A stretch of DNA of 64,000 nt from the human T2T-CHM13v2.0 reference genome, Homo sapiens, in NCBI RefSeq assembly GCF_009914755.1, contig NC_060931.1, one strand, 5' to 3'. A program made the position numbers and the translations under genes. Below, piece after piece: positions 16,501-32,195 of the stretch. Within the stretch, counting starts at the first letter, position 1. Each line of letters begins with the position of its first letter. The notes under the pieces are model-generated. The model saw only the letters and a program-made list of their open reading frames with translations. It had not been told where the DNA came from and ran no database searches.

Positions 16501-19190
16501 TTACGGATTTTCTGAACAATTTTGCTTGTTTCTATCTCCTTCAGTTCAGCTCTGATCTTGGTTATTTCTTGTCATCTGCTACTTTTAGGGTTTGTTTGCT
16601 CTTGGTTCTCTAGTTCTTTTAGTTGTGATGTTAGGTTGTTAACTTGAGATCTTTCTACCTTTTTGATGTGGGCAATTAGTGCTATACATTTCCCTCTTAA
16701 CACTGCTTTAGCTGCATCCCCGATATTCTGGTACATTGTCTCTTTGTTCTCATTAGTTTGAAATAAATTCTTGATTTCTGCCTTAATCGAAGAGTCATTC
16801 AGGAGCAGTTTGTTGAATTTCCATGTAGTAATGTGGTTTTGAGTAACTTTCTTAATCTTGAATTCTAATTTGATTGTGCTGTGGTCTGAGAGAGTGTTAT
16901 AATTTCAGTTCTTTTGCATTTAGCAAGGAGTGTTTTACTTCTGACTATGTGATCAATTTTAGAGTAATTGCCATGTGGTTATGAGAAGAATGTATATACA
17001 GTTGTTTTCAGGTGGAGAGTTTTGTACATATTTATCAACTCCACTTGATCCAGAGCTGAGTTCACGTTTTGAATATCTTTGTTAATTTTCTGTCTTGGTG
17101 GTCTGTCTAATATTGACAGAGGGACTTTAAAGTCTTCCGCTATAACTGTGTGTGAATCTAAGTCTTTTTTGTAAGTCTCTAAAACTTGCTTTGTGAATCT
17201 TGGTGCTCCTATATTGGGTGCATGTATATTTAGGATAGTTAGGTCTTCTTGCTGAATTGAACCTTTTGCCATTATGTAATGACCTTCTTTATCTTTTTTT
17301 GATCTCTGTTGGTTTTAAGTCTGTTTTGTCAAAAACTAGGATTGTAACCCCATTTTTTTTCTGTTTTCCATTTGCTTGGTAAATTTTTTTCTGTCCCTTT
17401 ATTTTGAGCCTAAGTGTGTCTTTGCATGTGAGATGGGTCTCTTGAAGACAGAATACTTATGGGTCTTGGCTGTTTATTCAGCTTGCTATTCTGTGTCTTT
17501 TAATTGGAGTATTTAGCCCATTTACACTTAAGATTATTATTGTCATGTGTGAATTTGATCCTGTCATCATGATGTAATCTGGTTATTTTGAAGACTTGTT
17601 TATGTGGTACTTCATGGTGTCACTGGTCTGTGTACTTCAGTGTGTTTTTGTAATGTCTGGTAATGGCTTTTCCTTTCCATATTTAATGCTTCCTTCAAGA
17701 GCTTTTGCAATGCAGGCCTGCTGGTGATAAATTTCCTCAGCATTTGCTTGTCTGAAAAATATCTTATTTATCCCTCACTTATGAAGCTTAGTTTGGCTGG
17801 ATATAAAATTCTGGGTTGCAAATTCTTTTTTCCATGAAGGTTGAATATTGGCCCCCAATCTCTTCTGCCTTGTAGAGTTTCCACTGAGAGGTCTGCTGTT
17901 ATTTTGATGGGTTTCCCTTTGTAGTTGACCTGGCCTTTCTTTTTGGCTGCCCCTAACATTTTTTCTTTCATTTGATCTTGGAGAATCTGAAGATTATGTG
18001 TCTTGGGGTTTATTTTCTCATGGAACCTCTTACTGGGGTTATCTACATTTCCTGAATTTGAATGTTGGCCTGTATTGCTAGGTTGGGGAAATTCTGCTGG
18101 ATGATATACTCTGAAGTATGTTTTCCAACTTGGTTCTCTTCTTCTTGTCTCTTTCAGGTACTTCAATCAGTAGTAGGTTTGGGCCCCTTACATAATCTCA
18201 TATTTCTTGAAGGTTTTGTTGATTCCTTTTCATTCTTTTAAAAATATTTTTATCTGCCTGTCTTATTTTAGAAAGACAGTCTTCAGCTCTGAGTTTCTTT
18301 CCTCCACTTGGTCTATTCTGCTGCTGATGCTTGTGATTGCATGGTGAAGTTCTCGTATTGTGTTTTTCAGCTCCATCAGGTCAGTTATGTTTCTCTCTAA
18401 ATGGGCTATTCTGGCTATCATTCCTGTATTGTCTTATCATGATTCTCAGCTTCTTTGCATTGGGTTACAACATGCTCCTTTATCTCAGTGAAGTTTGTTA
18501 TTACCCACCTTCTGAAGCTTACTTCTGTCAATTTTGGTCATCTCAGCCTCAGCCCAGTTCTGTGCCCTTGCTGGAGAGGTGTTGTGGTCATTTGGAGGAG
18601 GCTTTTTGAGTTTTCAGTGTTTTTGTGCTGATATTCTTGTATCTTTGTGGGCTCATCTATTTTTGAACTTTGAGGGTGCTGATCTTAGAATGAGTTTCTT
18701 TGTTGGTTTTTGTTGTTGTTGATGATGTTGTTACTTTTGTTTTCTGTTTGTTTGTTTGTTTGTTTTCTTTCAATGTCAGGCCACTCTTCTGTAGTGCTGC
18801 TGTGGTTAGCTGGGGGTCTGCTCCAGACCCTAGTTTTCTCACTTTATTCTGTACCTTGAGTTATCATCAGCGAAGGCTACAAAACAACAAATATGGCAGC
18901 CTGCTCCTTCCTATGGAAGCTCCATCCCAGGAAGGTACTTACCTGTTGCCAGCCCAAATGCACCTGTAGGGGGGTGCTTGAGACCTTTTTGGTCTCACCC
19001 AGTCAGGAGGAATGGGAATCAGGGACCTGCTTAAAGAAGCAGTCTGGCTGCCTTTTGGTCAAACAGCTATGCTGTTTTCAGGAGGACCCTTTGTCATCTG
19101 GACCCTTTGGACTCTCCAAAGCTGACAGGCTGGAATGGCTGAGTTGACCAAACTGCAGAGATGGTTGCCACCCCTCTCTCTGGTGCTGTC
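13543..19190 (-). mobile_element. Near full-length L1PA (L1PA13-like), 5' UTR incomplete
   Basis: 3' end ggtaaatgtgtgccatgg...cacagatcatcccatcacctagg; ORF2 fragments ([43 protein letters not shown]), ORF1 fragment (KGKPIKITADLSVETLQ...YPAKLSFISEG), old L1PA 5' UTR ~18550-19190. Confidence 0.85.
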
Positions 19191-21020
19191 TTAAAACCAG
19201 GGCCTGGTGTCAGAAACCTTAGGAATCTACCTGGTGCTCTATTCTACTGTGGTTTAGCTGACTCCCAAGCTACAAGACAAAGTCCTTTCTACTCTTTCCT
19301 CCCCTTTTCATAAGCAGAGGAGGATCTCCCCATGGCCACAACCATTACAGTCCCATGGAGAATATTGCCTGGTTACTGCCCATGTTCATTCAATGCCCAA
19401 GGGCTCTTCAGTTAGCTTTTGGTGCATGATGCCTGTATTAGTGCATTTTCATGCTGCTGATAAAGACATACCCAAGATTGGGCAATTTACAAGATAAAGA
19501 GGTTTAACTGGACTTACAGTTCCACATGGCCGGAGAAGCCTCACAATCATAGTGGAAGGCAAGAAGGAGTAAGTCATATCTTACATGGATGATGGCAGGC
19601 AAAGAGAGAGAACTTGTGCAGGGGAACTCCTTTTTTTAAAAACCATCAGATCTTGTGAGACTTATTCACTATCAAGAGAACAGCACAGGAAAGACTTTCC
19701 CTTATAATTCAATTACCTCCCACCAGGTTCCTCCCACAACATGTGGGAATTCAACATGAGATTCGGGTGGGGACACGCCAAACTACATCAATGGCAGACC
19801 TGAAACTCTTCCTTAGGAGGAAATGGGGTCTGCACTGGCCCAGGGAAACTCCAGAAATGCCATCTAAGAACTGAGACATGGAATTGAAAACCCCAGTATC
19901 CTACCTATTGCTCTACCCCACTGTGGCTGAGCTAGTACCTAAGCTGCAAGGCAAAAAGTACCCTTTACTCTTCCCTCTCCTTTTTTTAAGCATATTGAGT
20001 CTCTCCCCATAGCCAGCACAGCTGGAAATGTGCTGGGCTATACCCAAAGCCAGCACATCTCTAAGTCTTACCCAAGACCCGTGGTGAGTACTGCCTGCCT
20101 GTCACTGTTGATTATTCAGGGCTCAAGGGCTCTTTAGTCAGCAGGTAATGAACCCTGCCAGGACTGGGTCCTTTAAGGCAGTGGGCTCCCTTCTGGCCCA
20201 GGGTGTGTCTAGAGATGTTGTTCTGGAGCTAGGGCCTGGAATGGGGACCTCAGGACTCTGCTTGTTGCCCTATCCTACTATGGCTGAGCTGGTATCCAAG
20301 TTGTAAGACAAAATCCTCTTTACTCTTCCCTCTCCTCTCTTTGAGTGGAAGGAAGAAGTCTCTCCCAGAGCTATGAGCCGTGCTGCCTGGGGTTGGGGAA
20401 GCAGTGGCAGAAGCACTCTCTTGGTTATGCTGGCTGGTGTCTCACTAGGTTGTGTGCCCCCCAAGTCCACTGGCTCCAAGCCCAGCACAGCACTAGGGCT
20501 TGTCCAGAAATCACCTAGACTGCCTTTTATGTTTACCTAGGACCCAGAGCACTTTAGCTGATGGTGGTGAGTCTTGCTGGATCTCAGATTCAGACTGCTG
20601 GGATGGGCAATTCTCCTCTGGGTAGGGCTGGCCTAACTGTTCCCTCTGTGGGTGCTGGCTGAGTTTCGCCTGGTGTTGCTTCTGCTGTGATAGGACAGAA
20701 TTGAGTTCCAATGCAAAGTCTCACAATCACTGTGCTGCTCTCCCTCCCACAAGCTCAGGGATTCTCTCTCTGTGTCATGCAGCCACTGCTGAGGGATGAG
20801 TGAGACACGGCATTGGCAATTCAAGACTATCTGTCCTTCCTTTCCCTCTTCAGTGCCTCTTTTGGCAATATGAAGTAAAAACCAGGTGCTGTGATTGCTC
20901 ACTTGCTTTTTGTTCTCATGAAGGTGCTTTTTTTGTGTGGATGGTTGTTCAATTTGGTGTTCCTGTGGGCAAGGCAAAAGGTGGAAGATTCTACTCAGAC
21001 ATCTTACTCTACCTTCAGCA
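19191..21020 (-). mobile_element. L1MA host 5' UTR with tandem monomers
   Basis: Three copies of ctgtggctgagct...caag...caagacaaa...ctttactcttccctctcc; L1M-type terminus ggtggaagattctactcagacatcttactct, followed by the right TSD copy at 21021-21035. Confidence 0.8.
19434..19790 (-). mobile_element. THE1B-like MaLR solo LTR
   Basis: tgtattagt...catgctgctgataaagacatacc...gggtggggacac...catca; 5-bp TSD atgcc/atggc. Confidence 0.92.
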
Positions 21021-22423
21021 TAAATAACATGATTTCAAATATGATTATTTTGTGAAAAATGGTAACCTGAATAAAAGATTTTAGGCTCAACAATTGAAAT
21101 AAAAATTTTAAAATATTGTCTAACAAATATTACATAATTACATTTGATAGCTACTTCAGCATACAATACTAGGCAGATGACTATTTTCAACCAAATTTAA
21201 AGAAATTATTCAAAACCATAATTAAGTCTCATTATTTCTTTATGTCTTAATATGTCATGTTAAAAATGTGACAGTTGGTAGTAATATAGAGTTTTGTGTA
21301 AATAGGTAATTCAATATATAAAATGTATGTCTATCAAAATTGTTTTTCTCTAATTTTTTCCATGCAAAATGCTTTTATAATAAACTCTATTGACACAAAT
21401 AGAACAGGTTTTTTCTTTATAAAAAGAAACAAAAAATAGAAATATTTTTATTATAGCAGAATAAATGGAGCTATAAAAATTGGGCTTTATAGTTCATTTT
21501 AAGAATAAATGATGAGACTTGAGAATAAGTCATTTGGAACTTTTATTTCATCATCACACCTAACAAAGAGTCAGAGGATGTGCTCCACATGTGGGGCATG
21601 AAATATGAAAACACAAATTTTTAAAAAAATGCAGTGAAATTATTTTTGAGTAATACTACTTAAATTTATTTACTTGTTGGGATTTTATTAGGATGTTACT
21701 TCATGAGTTTCCCAGAGGGCCAAGATTATGTCTAATTTGTGGTATAGACCAAAGTACTGTATCTGCAGTTGGGCTTCAAGTATATTTTTTTCATAGGACA
21801 TTTCCTTGTAGCAAAGGATTCAGCTCCTAGATCAGCCAGTGATGTCTGTGTAGAGACAAACACCAGCTTTTTATACTAACAGAATTAAAGTATTTATTAT
21901 ACCACTAGTGGACCTATGTTACCCTCACCAACCCCTTCCCCTCTTTTGGGCATGAGAGCAGTATTCTGCAATGTTACAGATTTGAGAATATTGTAATCAA
22001 GGTCAATTAATTCATAGTAGCAAACAATACCATCTTGTGAACATTTCCAGTAACTTTGAAAACTCATAGGTTGTGTTTGATTATATGCATAGTTCTTTTG
22101 ATAGCTCTTCAAATATCACTGGAACTTGATAAAAATGACATGAAAATCTAAACAGGGCTGTAGTTCATTTGCAAATAGAAAGGACATCATGTCAGGTAGT
22201 TATTCATGAACCCTGAAGAAAGTCTACTAGTGATGACAAATGGCTCTGAGGTGCCTTCCTCACTAAGTAAATGGAGCAGAAACCAGAGAAACCCTAACTG
22301 ACAGTGATGAAAATGGCTACACAGTGCCGGGGACAAAATAACAACTGAAGCAAAAGTAACTGGAGAGATCAAGAGGAGAGTGTGCCAGGGCTGGCAAACT
22401 TTGCTCCAAGAACAAGCAGAGTG

Positions 22424-22734
22424 GGCCGGGCACGGTGGCTCACTCCTGTAATCCCAGCACTTTGGGAGGCCGAGGCGGGCGGATCATGAGGTCAGGAGAT
22501 CGAGACCGTCCTGGCTAACATGGTGAAACCCTGTCTCTACTAAAAATACAAAAAATTAGCCAGGCGTGGTGGTGGGCACCTGTAGTCCCAGCTACTTGGG
22601 AGGCCGAGGCAGGAGAATGGCGTCAACCCGGGAGGCAGAGCTTACAGTGAGCTGAGATCACACCACTGCACTCCAGCCTGGGTGACAGAGCGAGACTCCA
22701 TCTCAGAAAAAAAAAAAAAAAAAAAAAGAAGAAG
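22424..22734 (+). mobile_element. AluY
   Basis: Full dimer with Y diagnostics (gagatcgagacc..cctggctaac, gagaatggcgt), A-tail decaying to (GAA)n; TSD aagaac(a/t)agcagagtg at 22408-22423 and 22735-22750. Confidence 0.95.
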
Positions 22735-23324
22735 AAGAACTAGCAGAGTGGACTGAAAGTAAATACAAATCTGTATCTAGTATTGCATTTAGATGGTATA
22801 TTTGTATGCATGAGGAGGAGTGAATGGCTGATGATGATGTAGTCACTCATGTGGTGACAGGATGGAGAACAGTGTGAAAGTGAAGATCCTTTTAGCAGGA
22901 CCTGATATAGAGAAGCTAATCATGTGCATACGGGAAAAGTTTTGAGTGATTAAGTTTAGAATTCATTACAGAGAAGGAGGACTGATGTGGGGAATTGTTG
23001 TAAGGAAAAGGAAGGCATAATAGTAACTAGTGGGTTGCAGAATGAAGGCAACAATTTTGGCTTTTTCATTTGTAGATGGGAAATTATGAAAATGATGGCA
23101 GGCTCAGAGGTAGAATTTAGTAGAGAGAACAACAAACCAAAAGGTTAAATTTTGAAGGAAGTTTGGAATGCAATTGACATTCTATTTTTTCTGAGCATGT
23201 TTTGATAAATTATAGGTCACTGTCTGAAAAGGAGAAAAAAGAATACATGGGATGATGACAGTGGTGGTGGCAGTGAGGAGTGTGAGTACAGAAAATAAAT
23301 TTTAATTTTAATTTATTTTTCTGC

Positions 23325-25650
23325 AAGCAAGGAAAACTACAGGCCAGTATTCTTGATAAATATAAATGTAAAAATTCTCAAAAAAGACTGGTAAACCTAA
23401 TTCAACAACACATTAAAAAGATTCATACATAATAATCAAATGGGATTTATCTCTGAGATGCAAGGATGGTTCAACACATGCAAATCAATAAATGTGGCTA
23501 CCCTAACAGAATGAGGGATAAAAATTATATCATTCTAATAAATGCAGAAAAAGCACTTGATAAAATGCAACATCCTTTCATGATTAAAAACTCTCAAAAC
23601 ACAAATAAATGGAAAGATAGGCTGAGTTCATGTTTTGGAAGAATTGATACTCTAAAAATGTCTACGTGACCCAAAGCTATCTACTAATTCACTGCAAGCT
23701 CTATAAAAATGTCAATAGCATTTTTCACAGAAATAGAAAAATAATCCTAAAATTTGTATGGAACCAAATAAGACCCTGAATAGCCAAAGCAATCTTGAGA
23801 AAGAAGAACAAACCTGGAGGCATCACACTACTTAATTTCAAATTATATAAAAAAGCTGTAGTAATCCAAATAGGATGGTACTGACATGGAAACAGACACA
23901 TAAACTTTGACAAAGGCACCAGAAGGTAAAAAGGATTGTCTCTTCAGTAAACTGTGTTAGGGAAACTGGATTTCCACATGCAAAATAATTAAATTGAGCC
24001 CTTATTTTACATCGTGCACAAAAATCAATTCAAAATATATTAAAGATGTAAACAAAGTCCCAAAACTGTAAAACTCCTAGAAGAAAACAGAGCCTTGACA
24101 CTGATATTGGCAATAATTTTTAAAATGTGACGCCAAAGCACATGCAACAGAAACAAAAATGAACAATAAATAAACTACCTCAAACAAAAACATTTCTGCA
24201 CAGCAAAGGAAGCAATCAACAAAATGAAAAGTCAACCTATGGAATGACAGACAATATTTACAAATCGTGTATCCAATAGGTGGCTAATATCCAAAATATA
24301 AAATGAACTCATTCAGCTTAAACAGCCAACACAAGAAAGGAAAGTCTCTTTTATTTAACAAATGATGCTAAGAAAACTAGATCTCTATATGCAGAAGAAT
24401 AAAATTAGATTACCATCTTTCACCATATATGAAAATCCACACAAAATAAAGACTTAAATGTAAGACCCGAAACTGCGAAACTACCAGAAGAAAACGTTGG
24501 GAAAATGCTATAGGACATTGGTTTGGACAAAGATTTTTGGGGTAATACCTCAAAAGCACAGGCAAGCAAAAGTTACAAGTTAAGCAAAAGCTTCATGTAA
24601 TAAGATTACATTAAGCTAAAAAGCTTCTGCACAGCGAAGGAAACAATTAACAAAATGAAGAGATAACCCACAGAATGGGGGAAAATAGTTGCAAGCTATT
24701 CATCTTACAAGAGATTAATAACCAGAATATGTAAGAAAATCAACAACTTATAATAAAACAAAAAACCCAATTAAAAATGGCAAAATACCTGAATAGACAT
24801 TTATCAAAAGAAGACATACAAATGGCCAAAGGAATACATGAAGAAATGCTTTATATCACTAATCATCAGGGAAATGCAAATCAAAACCTTAATGAAATAT
24901 CATCTTACCTAGCTAGAATGGCTGCTATCAAAGGACAAAAAATAATAAATGCTTATGAAGATGTGGATAAAGGGGAATGCTTGAACACTGTTAATGGGAA
25001 TGTACAGTAGTACAGTCATTATGGAAAAGAGTATGGAGGTTTCTCATAAAACTAAAAATAGAACTACCATATGATCCAGCAATCCTACTGCTGGGTATAC
25101 ATTAGAAGGAAATGAAATAATGCACCTGGTAGAGATGCCTGCACTCCCATGTTTATTGCAGCATTATTCGCAATAGACAAAATATGAAAACAACTGAAAT
25201 GTCTGCCACCAGATGAAGGACTAATGAAAATGTCATATATGTTTCTAAACATATACATATATATGTATACACAATGAAATATTAATTCAGCCTTGAGAAA
25301 GAAAGGAAATTCTGCTATTTGTGACAACATGGATAGATCTAGAGGCCATTATGCTAAGTAAAAAAAGACAGAGATGGAGAGACAAATACTGCATGATCTC
25401 ACTTATAGCTAATCTTTAAAAAAAGTCAAATCCATAGTAACAGCGAATAGAACAGTGGCTTCCAGGGACTAGGGGGTGGGGGAAATAAACAGATGTTATT
25501 TAAAGATCACAAGCTTTCAGGTGTAAGATGACTAAGTTCTGGCGATCTCAGGTGTGACATGGTGACTATAGTTAATAATAATGTATTGAATACTTGAAGT
25601 TTTCTGAGAGACTAGATCTTAAGTGTTCTCTCATGCAAACAAAAGGTCAA
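23325..25650 (+). mobile_element. Old LINE-1 fragments (L1MA, 3' end L1MA9-like), 5' truncated and internally deleted
   Basis: ORF2 remnants ([25 protein letters not shown]) and 3' end gtaagatgactaagttctgg...catggtgactatagttaataataatgtattg. Confidence 0.8.
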
Positions 25651-25711
25651 CTACACCTCAATAGAGATGGAAAAACATTCCTAGAAAAAAAGGCAGTATC
25701 ATCTTCCTATT

Positions 25712-25935
25712 AATATTTATTGACTATTTTCTGTATACCAAACACTGTGCATTTTATCATTTAAATCTCACAACAATCTTTTGTTGTAGGTAAAAGCTTT
25801 TGCTATTCTCCCAAATTTATGGTGAGGAAACCAAGGCTCAGGGTGTTTGTGTCACTTGACTGCAGATACACAGCTAGGGAGTGTCATACCTGGGATTCGA
25901 TCTGGGTCTGTCTGCCTACAAACTCCCATTTCTAA
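25712..25935 (-). mobile_element. MIR SINE
   Basis: tttaaatctcacaacaat...tgaggaaaccaaggctcag...ctgggattcga. Confidence 0.7.
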
Positions 25936-26260
25936 AGATACACTTAAGGATTTAAGCATACACTTATCTTTTAACCATAATCCCATTTGTGTGTGTGTGA
26001 GTGTGAAAAAGGGGATCTTTGATTTATTATGTATGGATTTTCTTTTATTATTATTATTATACTTTAAGTTTTAGGGTACATGTGCAAAAGGTGCAGGTTT
26101 GTTACATATGTATACATGTGCCATGTTGGTGTGCTGCACCCATTAACTCATCATTTAACATTAGGTATATCTCCTAATGCTATTCCTCCCCCCTCCCCCC
26201 ACCCCCCAAGAGTCCCCGGTGTGTGATGTTCCCCTTCCTGTGTCCATGTGTTCTCATTGT

Positions 26261-30086
<3,826 letters not shown>

Positions 30087-30149
30087 TATGATGTTAGCTG
30101 GTGATTTTGCTCGTTAGTTGATGCAGTTTCTTCCTAGCCTTGACGGTCT

Positions 30150-31167
30150 TTACATTTTGGCATGTTTTTGCAGTGGCTGGTACCGGTTGTTCCTTTCCAT
30201 GTTTAGTGCTTCCTTCAGGAGCTCTTTTAGGGCAGGCCTGGTGGTGACAAAATCTCTCAGCATTTGCTTGTCTGTAAAGTATTTTATTTCTCCTTCACTT
30301 ATGAAGCTTAGTTTGGCTGGATATGAAATTCCGGCTTGAAAATTCTTTTCTTTAAGAATGTTGAATATTGGCCCCCACTCTCTTCTGGCTTGTAGAGTTT
30401 CTGCTGAGAGATCAGCTGTTAGTCTGATGGACTTCCGTTTATGGGTAACCCGACCTTTCTCTCTGGCTGCCCTTAACATTTTTTCCTTCATTTCAACCTT
30501 GGTGAATCTGACAATTATGTTTCTTGGAGTTGCTCTTCTCGAGGAGTATCTTTGTGGCATTCTCTGTATTTCCTGAATTTGAATGTTGGCCTGCCTTGCT
30601 AGATTGGGGAAGTTCTCCTGGATAATATCCTGCAGAGTGTTTTCCAACTTGGTTCCATTCTCCCCATGACTTTCAGGTACACCAATTAGACGTAGATTTG
30701 GTGTTTTCACATAGTCGCATCTTTCTTGGAGGCTTTGTTCATTTCTTTTAATTCTTTTTTCTCTAAACTTCTCTTCACGCTTCATTTCATTTATTTCATC
30801 TTCCTTTGCTGATACCCTTTCTTCCAGTTGATCGCATCGGTTATTGAGGCTTGTGCATTCATCATGTAGTTCTCGTGCCATGGTTTTCAGCTCCATCAGG
30901 TCCTTTAAGGACTTTTCTGCATTGGTTATTCTACTTATCCATTCGTCTAATTTTTTTTTCAAAGTTTTTAACTTCTTTGCCATTGGTTCGAACTTTCTCC
31001 TTTAGCTCAGAGTAGTTTGATCTTCTGAAGGCTTCTTGTCTCAGCTCGTCAAAATCATTCTCCATCCAGCTTTGTTCCATTGCTGGTGAGGAGCTGCGTT
31101 CCTTTGAAGGAGGAGAGGTGCTCTGATTTTTAGAGTTTCCGGTTTTTCTGCTCTGTTTTTTCCCCAT
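30150..31167 (-). pseudogene. L1 ORF1p, one frameshift
   Basis: MGKKQSRKTGNSKNQS... (31167) shifts frame at the A-run near 30951-30959 into the 277-aa ORF with REKG and YPAKLS motifs, ending QPLQKHAKM. Confidence 0.95.
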
Positions 31168-32195
31168 CTTTGTGGTTTTATCTACCTTTGGTCTTTGATG
31201 ATGGTGATGTACAGATGGGTTTTTGGTGTGGATGTCCTTTCTATTTGTTAGTTTTCCTTCTAACAGACAGGACCCTCAGCTGCAGGTCTGTTGGAGTTTG
31301 CTGGAGGTCCACTCCAGACCCTGTTTGCCTGGGTATCAGCAGTGGTGGCTGCAGAACAGCGGATATTCATGAACCGCAAATGCTGCTGCCTGATTGTTCC
31401 TCTGGAATTTTTGTTTCAGAGGAGTACCCAGCTGTGTGAGGTGTCGGTCCGCCACTACTAGGGGGTGCCTCCCAGTTAGGCTACTCGGGGGTCAGGGACC
31501 CACTTGAGGAGGCAGTCTGCCTATTCTCAGATCTCAAGCTGCGTGCTGGGAGAACCAGTACTCTCTTCAAGGCTGTCAGACAGGGACATTTAAGTCTGCA
31601 GAGGTTATTGCTGTCTTTTGTTTGTCTGTGCCCTGCCCCCAGAGGTGGAGCCTACAGAGGCAGGCAGGCCTCCTTGAGCTGTGGTGCGCTCCACCCGTTT
31701 CGAGCTTCCGTGCCGCTTTGTTTACCTACTCAAGCCTGGGCAATGGCGGGCGCCCCTCCCCCAGCCTCACTGCAGCCTTGCAGTTTGGTCTCACACTGCT
31801 ATGCTAGCAATGAGCGAGGCTCCGTGGGCGTAGGACCCTCCGAGCCAGGTGCGGGATATAATCTCCTGGTGTGCCGTTTTTTAAGGCCATTGGAAAAGCG
31901 CAGTATTAGGGTGGGAGTGACCTGATTTTCCAGGTGCTGTCTGTCACCCCTTTCTTTGACTAGGAAAGGGAATTCCCTGACCCCTTGCGCTTCCTGGGTG
32001 AGGCGATGCCTCACCCTGCTTTGGCTCACACACGGTGTGCTGCACCCACTGTCCTGCACCCACTTTCTGGCACTCCCCGGTGAGATGAACCCGGTACCTC
32101 AGTTGGAAATGCAGAAATCACCTGTCTTCTGCTTCGCTCACGCTGGGAGCTATAGACTGGAGCTGTTCCTATTCGGCCATCTTGGCTCCACCCCC
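31168..32195. promoter_or_regulatory. L1 5' UTR: sense (minus-strand) internal promoter and antisense (plus-strand) promoter
   Basis: GC/CpG-richer L1PA 5' UTR; YY1 site ggccatcttg at 32175-32184; antisense splice donors at 31849, 31934, 31998 and 32080. Activity is not shown by the sequence. Confidence 0.8.
31743..31925 (+). CDS. L1 ORF0 homolog truncated to 60 aa
   Basis: MAGAPPPASLQPCSLVSHCYASNERGSVGVGPSEPGAGYNLLVCRFLRPLEKRSIRVGVT* matches primate L1 ORF0; ATG in good context (gcaATGg); TGA where the consensus continues with Arg. Confidence 0.75.
   Translation: MAGAPPPASLQPCSLVSHCYASNERGSVGVGPSEPGAGYNLLVCRFLRPLEKRSIRVGVT

Noticed and set aside
22225-22320. C/D-box-like motifs (gtgatga ... 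ctga); similar at ~33402
   Set aside because: Spacing is too short or the D box and terminal stem are absent; no snoRNA supported
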